A stretch of DNA of 64,000 bases from Ophelia neglecta (Eukaryota), in contig OZ260661.1 of NCBI GenBank assembly GCA_965285935.1, positions 104,594,001 to 104,658,000 on the forward strand, read 5' to 3'. Both the position numbers and the translations under genes were made by a program. Positions 55,749-64,000 of this stretch are shown in pieces. Under the pieces are notes generated by a model. The model searched no databases and had not been told where the DNA came from. It saw only the letters and a program-made list of their open reading frames with translations. Every line of letters starts with the position of its first letter. Position 1 is the stretch's first letter.

Positions 55749-58700
55749 GGCTGTGTCTGCTTCTATGAAAAACCTGGGGATTAAAAGAATAATAAATTTA
55801 AATGGGGCATTTCAACAAAGATTTTAGACATAGAGTACCTGTAAAAAGTCAAGATTTATGGAAAGAAATCATGTAATAATTCCAGGAAAACACACAGTTG
55901 CAGAGACTATTTTTTTTGTGTAAATGCTACAGAGATGCACAAAGATTCACTTGATGTTTGTTTGGAATTTGAAGACTTGTGCAACCTTTTGAACACTGGC
56001 ATAGAGGGCTTTTTCACATTTATGTTATGCCTATTTTTGCATCTAGTGAATAAAAATTGGCCTTTAGTAGGTCAGTAGTTTCTCAAGTATTTTTGTTATA
56101 TACAAAAAAATTAGGACAATTTACTCCTTTAAAAAACATATCCAAGTGTAGGACATGAACATTTGGTAAAATCAGTGAAAGTAGGCAGCAAGTCACAGAT
56201 TATGGTTATAGAGTATGTAAACAAAATTAATTATCAGTTGTTTCTAATAAATAAATAAGAAATAATATTATATAATTCTTACTAATTGGTCCTGTGAGGA
56301 AATAAATAGAGGCGCTTAATTCTGACCAGGTTTCCTGGGTCTCATTTTTAACCCCGCACAATCTGTGAAATGCGAAAGAAAAGTGTTTGTTCATAAAGAT
56401 ATATAAAAAATACAATATATATATAAGATAGCCTAGGAGACATCAAAAATTAATTATTTGTCCTCATAGTTATCAACAAAAAATAATGTTGGCAACAAAT
56501 TTAATGTTAAATTAACATGGAAAGTGGTTTATAAGAAATTGTCTTCCATTGTCCAAATTGTTTTACTTGTCTTCTGTACAAGTATCACGCAAGTCTCCAC
56601 AAGACAGTCCACTTTACTGTTATCCTACAACTCAACAACCTTATTTAAATATGCCACAGAATCACAGCAAAATGTCAAATCCCAAGTCACGAAAATATGT
56701 GATTTTTAAAAATGGGCCAGATGTTCAATTATCACATATCAAAGACTTCTTCTCATTACAGCAAATCCTTCAAAGCTAAAGATTGGATACCGACTTCCAA
56801 TTGGCCCCTTGTTAGACTGAGATTTAGAGTTTGATTTGTACTCGGCAAGAAGTCTTGTTTATAAACTGCACTACCATGAGCTCTGCCCGCAAAGATCAAA
56901 GAGAGAAAACAATTCTCAATACAAGACTAAACACAGATTTTCTCAAGGACCAAATTACTATTGTCTTCTTGCATAACCGGAACACAGTTATAATGGATCA
57001 CACCATAGGCATATAATGTGTTGTGAACCCCCCCCCCCCCCCTCTGAGAGCCGATGAAAAATAAATGACAAAAATTTGCCAATCAAGAAACGATCATCAC
57101 CTCCTAGTCTAGAGACTCCAGACTCAATCAAAAACTTGTTATCAAAGGTATGCCTATGAACAAAATTATATTTCTAGTTTTGCCTAACTTAATATTAGAG
57201 GTGTGCCTATGAATAAAATTCTATTTTTTGGCCATGAAACTACTCTGGACATAAAACAACTATAGTTGTTTTGGGCCCAATTAGAAGTCAGTTCATGCCC
57301 AGGAAGTGGGTACAAAATGACTTCCAGAAATACACTCCAAATACTTACTTGCATTTACCTACATAAAATTCTCTAGATCGAGAACTTGTTTAAGAATAGT
57401 GTGTTTTCCATAAAACCCTACACTTAAAGACAAAGAAGCAGGGGCTTTGGAGAAGGGAATGCAGAAAACATTAGTAGAAAAAAGTCGAGTAGACACCCCG
57501 AGACACGGATCGTTTATTATCAAAAGAGCAATGGTATGTAAACGTTCATTTTATTTAGTTATTTGCGACACGGTTTTCAACACTGACCAATTTGAAGGTC
57601 CCATGGTGGACTGGTAAAATTTAACTTTGCATTTGGCGAAGGCCAATTTAGGCCTAGATCTAATTGTTAGTTGTAATGGAGTACATTTAGTGTGGGCGAT
57701 AATTCAAGTCGTTCTTCGCTTCACTGACCCCAATTGCACTATACACCGAGTCGTGGCGATCGAATTGAAATGTAAGTACAATCATCATATTCTTCACAAC
57801 CTTATGTACCAAACTGATCGGATAAAATTGAAATTCATTAATATTATCAATTTGTTTACCTCTTTTGTACGCCTGTGTTGATGATGCTTTGAACCACCAC
57901 AGATCACGCAAGGGCTTACGCTGTTAGGTGCCGCCACTGCCTACGTATAGCTCGACACCTGGCGCTCGCTAAATTTATCATACGAGTTTCTCGGCTGCTG
58001 TAATAATTCGCGCTATTTTACATTCGAGGCTTTTTAATAATGTGAGTGTGACTGTTAAAACGGGCCCTTACACAAACTTTGATTTATTGCAACCTAGAGT
58101 TTTTTTTATACCCAAGTGGCCTTTTGGAGAGCAGCTGGTACCCTAAGAATTAAAGAAAGTCAGCCCCCCCCCCCACCCCGCCCTCAATGACAAGATTTGG
58201 AACTCGAGAATTATGTAATGATAAACGAATATTATAAACGAATATGTAATTCCTATAAAGGCCAATCAAATATGTATATGGAAGGTGAAGTGTTCAATTA
58301 TGTGGCAAGTTGGGCAAGTTGTATGTTTACTCATTCAAATTCCAACCACACACCATTCCACCCCCACCCCACGTACCCCACCCCATCTCGTTTCGACCCT
58401 CCTCCTACCTTGTCGCAGTTGACATACACTTGCTCTTTTAAATGAGTTTATTTTTATTATAATGATTAACCCAATGCAATGGTAAATACAATGGTAAATA
58501 CAGATATAGACCCCTAGCTTATGTTGGCTTCTGACTCGTCTTGTATTAAATAAAAGCATGTACATAGCCTGTGCCCTGGGGCCTGCACTACGAATAAGGA
58601 GGACATATGATATACATGTAGTTCCGATATTTGAAAAGTATCCCCATTTTCCACTGATTTGTGGTAAAAAATTTTCCTTTTTTTTGGCAAAACCCTTATT

Positions 58701-59134
58701 TCTAATCTTCAAAAAGCCTTTTCTAAAAAAAATACCATGCTGACTTTTTCAAAAGTAAATCTATAGGCAAGGAAAGGTAATTTATGTTTAAAATTCCCTT
58801 TTGACATGTGTTGAAAAAAAAATTCATGGACATGCACAGTGGAGAAAAAATAACTGAATTTTGCAAAATTGGGAATGATCACCAGTATCAATTTGCTCGG
58901 GAAGTGCAGGCGACGGGGCCATTGCAGGAGTCCCTTATATGAATCTTCTGTTTGAACTTAATTGTAATTTGATAATCATGTAGACATACTTAGATTTTTT
59001 TTTTCTTCTAAAATCTGTTTTTAAAATTAAGGATCTTGAAATAGAGTTGTTATTGTGGGCCTGCAGTGAACAGTTCTTTATTCATAAAAGCAAATTTTGT
59101 TATGTAAAGAATTAATGCTTCAAAAAGCAAGAAA

Positions 59135-59752
59135 CTCTTTACTGTGGTAAGAGGAGAGTAACATAAACTCATTATCCAAAGGAGACGAGAATATACTTGT
59201 TAATTTTGTCATAGGAGAGGGACAATAAACTCAATACTTTGACCATAGGAGAGGAACATAAACTTGTTACTGAGGGCATAGGTGAGGAACATATACTCAA
59301 TACTGTGGCCATAGGTGAGAAACATATACCCAATACTGTGCCATAGGAGAGGAACATAAACTCGTTACTGTGGCCATAGGTGAGGAACATATACTAAATA
59401 TTGTGGCCATAGGTGAGGAACATATACTCAATACTGTGGCCATAGGCGAGGAACATATACTCAATACTGTGGCCATAGGCGAGGAACATATACTCAATAC
59501 TGTGGCCATAGGAGAGGAACATTAACTCATTATCCATAGGAGAGGAAAATAAGCTCATTACTGTGGTCATAGGAGAAAAGCATAAACTCAATACTTTGGC
59601 CATAAAAGAGCAATATAAACTAGGCTAGTTACTGTGGTCATTGTAGATAAACTTCAACTTGTTACTATGGTCATAAAAGGGAACATAAACTCATTACTGT
59701 GGTCATAGATGAGGAACATAAACTCATTACTGTGACCATAGAAGAGGAACAT
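59135..59752. repeat. 33-bp minisatellite, about 18 copies
   Basis: Unit CTCAATACTGTGGCCATAGG(T/C/A)GAGGAACATATA; it produces the spurious 11-aa repeat ORFs (MATVLSICSSP). Confidence 0.93.
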
Positions 59753-62700
59753 GATATGTTATTTGGAACAACAACATTCAGGACAAAGACACATTTTGAA
59801 ATTTACACTAATAATTTTTTTATTTCACTAGATCATGTCTGCTTGTATGCCTATATACATCTGTATACTTATCCTCCATACTTATTAATACAAGTCAATC
59901 TAGAACAGTGTTCATGGTCATATGGACTTTCAAGAAGCTTTAATATACCTTTGATTATATGCTTTTTCATACATGTATGTAATGGTTTTTACAACTGCAT
60001 TCATTTAAATTATATCACAGTCACTATCACATCACTTTGCACAAATATGGTCAAAGCCTTGGAAGGGGGAGGGGGGGGGGGGGATGGCTCTGGGGCTCAC
60101 TGGTATGTGCTGATGAGGCAGGCCTTTGACCCCATATTGATACATACAAGGCCTTCCACAGTGTGTACCTTACATATAAGGTTGTTTAAAAAGGCACACA
60201 AACATTAAAGAGAAACCTGTGTAATAACCTGTTCAAGGCAAAAGGTGCCATCACAGGAAGAGACCTACACGCCTTATCCCGGGGTAGATAGACCTATTAG
60301 AACAACATGGAAAGATGTTGTCGATCTTTCTTGTTCCACTGTTAAAGGATACTTGTTATGCAAGGAAAGAAGTCAGCCATACAAAAAAAAAACAGAACAG
60401 GCAAGGGATACATATAAGGCTTGGCAAAAAAGGTACCCCTTACATTTTGGAAAATTGACTTATGTAAGCGCCACATGCCCGTCAGCCTCCTAGTGGAAGT
60501 TACCCCCCCCCCCCCTCCCCAACGAGTCAAAAGTATTCAAGTCGACAACAAACCTTTCACTATATACATAGATACATGTATATAATGATCAATAAAATAT
60601 CTCAAATCAAAACAAAGTGTTGCAATATATCACAACTGCCTTCATATACATTTACATTTTCACAACTGTAACAGTAAATGTTTAATTTCCAAATAATGTA
60701 TTATGTGTATCTCACATAATGTTAATATGTAAAGTCACTGTCACATAGTGAAGTTGGTTCATATAATTTCTACCCTTGTAGATTAAATCCTAGCCTTGAT
60801 TTAGGGTAAATTTAAAAGGTCTATCAATTTTCTCATGATCATATAATTAACTAAGTCTTGAACATAGGGTTTTTTTTTTCCAGTAAGCTGCCAAGCATTT
60901 ATCCTTCTATTCCTGGCTACCGGTATTCCCTCTGCCTTCTGCTGTACTGCAGGGTTGTGTACAATACTAGCCTGTAGATAACCTCCTGCAAGCCTATCTA
61001 TCAAGCCCAAGAGGTGCAGCACAACGTGAAATAACAACACCCCCTATTTACATATTTATAACAAGTCCGCTATATCCACAAGCTCAAATTTTACTGTTCA
61101 ATGCTATTAAAGATAACTTATTTTTCCTTAACTAAAATTATTTCTTCCTTCTTAAACAACTGTACTTGCAAGAAAGTAATTAAACAACATAGTGGCTTTT
61201 AGTTGATATTTACATCCGTTGTCTTAGCTCAAGAATAATTGAATGGACAAATGACAAACATGCATGTGGCTGGCATCCCCAGTCTGCACAAACCAAGACA
61301 CAGCTAATGTGTAATCTTAAGTAATTTACCTTACTGACAGGTCCATATCACAAATAAACTATATTAGATATATGGCTAAGGACACCCTTGTGCAATCATA
61401 TAAAAGAAAATGTTTGCATAGTTTGACATGAAAATAAATTGTATAGAATGTATTCAAGTCTAAGGGAAAAATATCTCAACATATGTATAGGCCTACATAG
61501 TAAAAAGTTACAACATCCGTACCAAAACGTTGGCTATTAAATAAAAAAATATGCCTAGTAAGCCACAAAACTGCATATCAAAATAAACACTGGCACTTCA
61601 AACATAAATCAATATAAGTGTATATAAATAAAATGGAAGTAGAGACCAGATCAAAGTTATGAAATACTAAGATTAATATGAAAATAACTTACAAAGATAT
61701 TTAAACTAGAAAGAATATATATTCTAGATCTATAAAAAAATCTGCATATCAACAAGTAAACACTCAGTATGACTAAAGTAGTTTATTATGTATACCGAGA
61801 AGCTGTAAATTTAGTTGAGGTATGTTGGTTTCACTGTATTGAAGGGTATATTCCAATTACTCTTTGCAGCTCTCCAGGAGTACATAACGAATGGAAACAT
61901 CATCCCTTTAGCGGCAGAGAAGTCTCTGGTGCAAATGGAAGAGACTAGAGAGCCTCTCTGAAACTCCCCAAGCTCTCCGCCTGGAGTGGTGGGTGCGCTC
62001 AGGCAGTTCACCCAAGTAACACTATTCATTGTAATTGACTTAATATGTTGATATTATGTCTTAATTTGGAATGTTAGAAATACTTTTATGATTTAACTAG
62101 TCCATGGCAAATTACTTACACAATTTATGGAGGATATAAAACAATGAATAAAATGGTGCCAAAAGTTTGTGGCAATGACATCAGTTCAGTTATTTCCTAC
62201 TAAGGGCCAGAATGGTTATTTTGTGCGGAATAAATGAATACCCCATCAACTCATGGTAATTTGCAAACTCTAGTTGTAAAGCAGACGGAGAGCTCTCCAT
62301 AAAGTGCAACAGAAATCTACCAAACCTTTGTCTAATACTGGTACATTGTATGTTATACTTCAAGTGTTTGTATCTAAACTGAACCTGGTTAATTTCCCAC
62401 TAGAAATGTTCCATGCATTTCAGCAGGATTTTGCATTGCATGAGATTCAAACTAAAACACAATGTTTCAGCCAACATGGTCACACCAGATAAAGTGGCAA
62501 AGCAACTAGCCTCTTATATCTGTGCTAATGTGCAGTTAAACAATATAAATAAAACATTTTATTTAAGATGTAAGTTCAAACTGAATTTTTTTATGAGTGA
62601 GCACTTAAACAAGTTATCTGTAAGACACTTTCTGCTTCAAACACACTAAATAACTTCTGGGTATCAGTCATTGTAATCAAATGGTAAAAGTCATTTTGCA

Positions 62701-62950
62701 TCTTATTTGGATACTATATGCTATTATCACATGCTAGGGTTATTCAAAATCTCAATTGTCAGCATGCAAAAGGTCTTGTCATGGAAAAGCAATATTATAT
62801 CACAGTTTAACGCATGCAAAGACTCTGAATTCCCTGGCTACTTTAAAAGTATTGTGTGTACTTGTACACATTAGTAGAATCCTGAAGGGAATATATATAG
62901 AGACTACTTATATATACAGATACATATATATTTTTACATTCAATACCGAC

Positions 62951-63991
62951 TTACAAACCCTGGTCTTCATCGAGATGCCTGTATGCATAGGGGCGAGGCT
63001 TTGACCTGCTAGTTGGTCGAGATCGATGATTGTCAGGTGTGTGTGGAGGGGGGGTTTGGGAAGGAGGAAGATTTCTGGTCCCAGACCCTCCATAAAACAC
63101 CGCATTTCTTAGCAGTGCTTCAATGTTGTATAGCGACGTCTGAGTGGTTTCTTCCAGCTTCTTCAGTCTCTCCTCAACATTTGGGACCTTCCGTTTCTCC
63201 GATCCCTGTGATTTTTTCTCCATTTCTCGTTGAACTTCCACATCTTCACCACTACTTTCAGAGCCACAGAATGCCACATTGTCCCAAGCATTGTTTGGGA
63301 AGGAAGGATGTGGGTCCGACTTCCTTGTTCTCTGTCTTGAGGATTTTCCTTCATCGCCCTCCCCATTGCCTGAAACATGAGGTTCTTCTGGTTTTCTCTT
63401 CCTGTATTTTTTTCTCTCGTGTTTTCCACTTTTCGTATTTGCTGAGGTAGATACACTCGACTCTGTATTTTGTACTTTGGCTGAAACAATGTGATCATAG
63501 GTAGGGTCCATAAAAACACGAGGTCTGGCCAATCTCAAAGAATCATAAAGATGTTCATCCTGCTTTCCAGGTGAGTCAGCAGTCTGTTCACCATGTCCAC
63601 TCCCACCCTGGGAGCCCCAGTTGATTGTAGTGTCTTGATCTGAACTGCAAATGCTGTCCAAACCAGTAGTTTCACCTCCCATAGCAGATGACTGATCTTC
63701 TCTAATTGCCTAAATTATATAGATAAACATTTGATTAAAGTCAAATTTTGAATATCAAGATCCCTTACTCACACACAAATATTTCAAAATTTTGAAGAAC
63801 GTCATCAATTACTTATTTTGGGTACCAAGATTTTGTTGTTGTTAAATAAATCAAATATGATGAAAATTAATACTCACTTCCATTTTACTTATGTCCTGTT
63901 GTTTCTTTAACCATTTGATTTTTTCTAGGGATGGCCATCGAGAGTATTTCTTCACTGTTGTGTTTGAGTTGAATTTAACATTCAAGTTATC
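62951..63991 (-). CDS. 3'-terminal two exons of an unidentified gene continuing beyond the window; hydrophilic tail with a short coiled coil
   Basis: Exon 63991-63878 (DNLNVKFNSNTTVKKYSRWPSLEKIKWLKKQQDISKME, donor GTGAGT) joins in phase 0 to exon 63709-62951 (acceptor tttag; AIREDQSSAMGGETT...DEDQGL-stop). The exon-1 acceptor is at the window edge and uncertain. Confidence 0.75.
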
Positions 63992-64000
63992 CTGTAGTTG

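Noticed and set aside
59135-59752. Regular ~33-bp repeats as a CRISPR array or repeat-protein gene
   Set aside because: Units are head-to-tail with no unique spacers, there are no cas genes, and the context is eukaryotic. The ORFs arise only because 33 is divisible by 3.

Overview
AT-rich, intron-rich animal genomic DNA, probably a marine invertebrate. The repeat types suggest a mollusc/lophotrochozoan, but that is inference. Four protein-coding loci were reconstructed by hand from splice sites and reading frame. (1) The last nine coding exons of MAPKAPK2/3 (MK2 kinase) lie on + at 1750-6560. (2) A complete CFAP46/TTC40 ciliary central-pair gene lies on + at 9499-49182, with about 63 exons summing to 8946 nt (about 2981 aa with all optional exons). 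(3) A BTB + AT-hook + 11 zinc-finger protein gene with one large coding exon lies on - at 52281-55748. (4) The last two exons of an unidentified - strand gene lie at 62951-63991. Introns carry MITEs, a tRNA-derived SINE with an intact TSD, Helentron/HINE-like remnants with a nested 9-bp-TSD element, minisatellites and tandem duplications. The most notable observations are a U12-type (minor spliceosome) intron in CFAP46, a separase/CHAT-like C-terminal domain of CFAP46 lacking the catalytic dyad, and several frame-preserving cassette or mini-exons in CFAP46 linker regions. No prokaryotic-type systems (CRISPR, operons) are present, and I found no clear evidence of a wholly new biological system.
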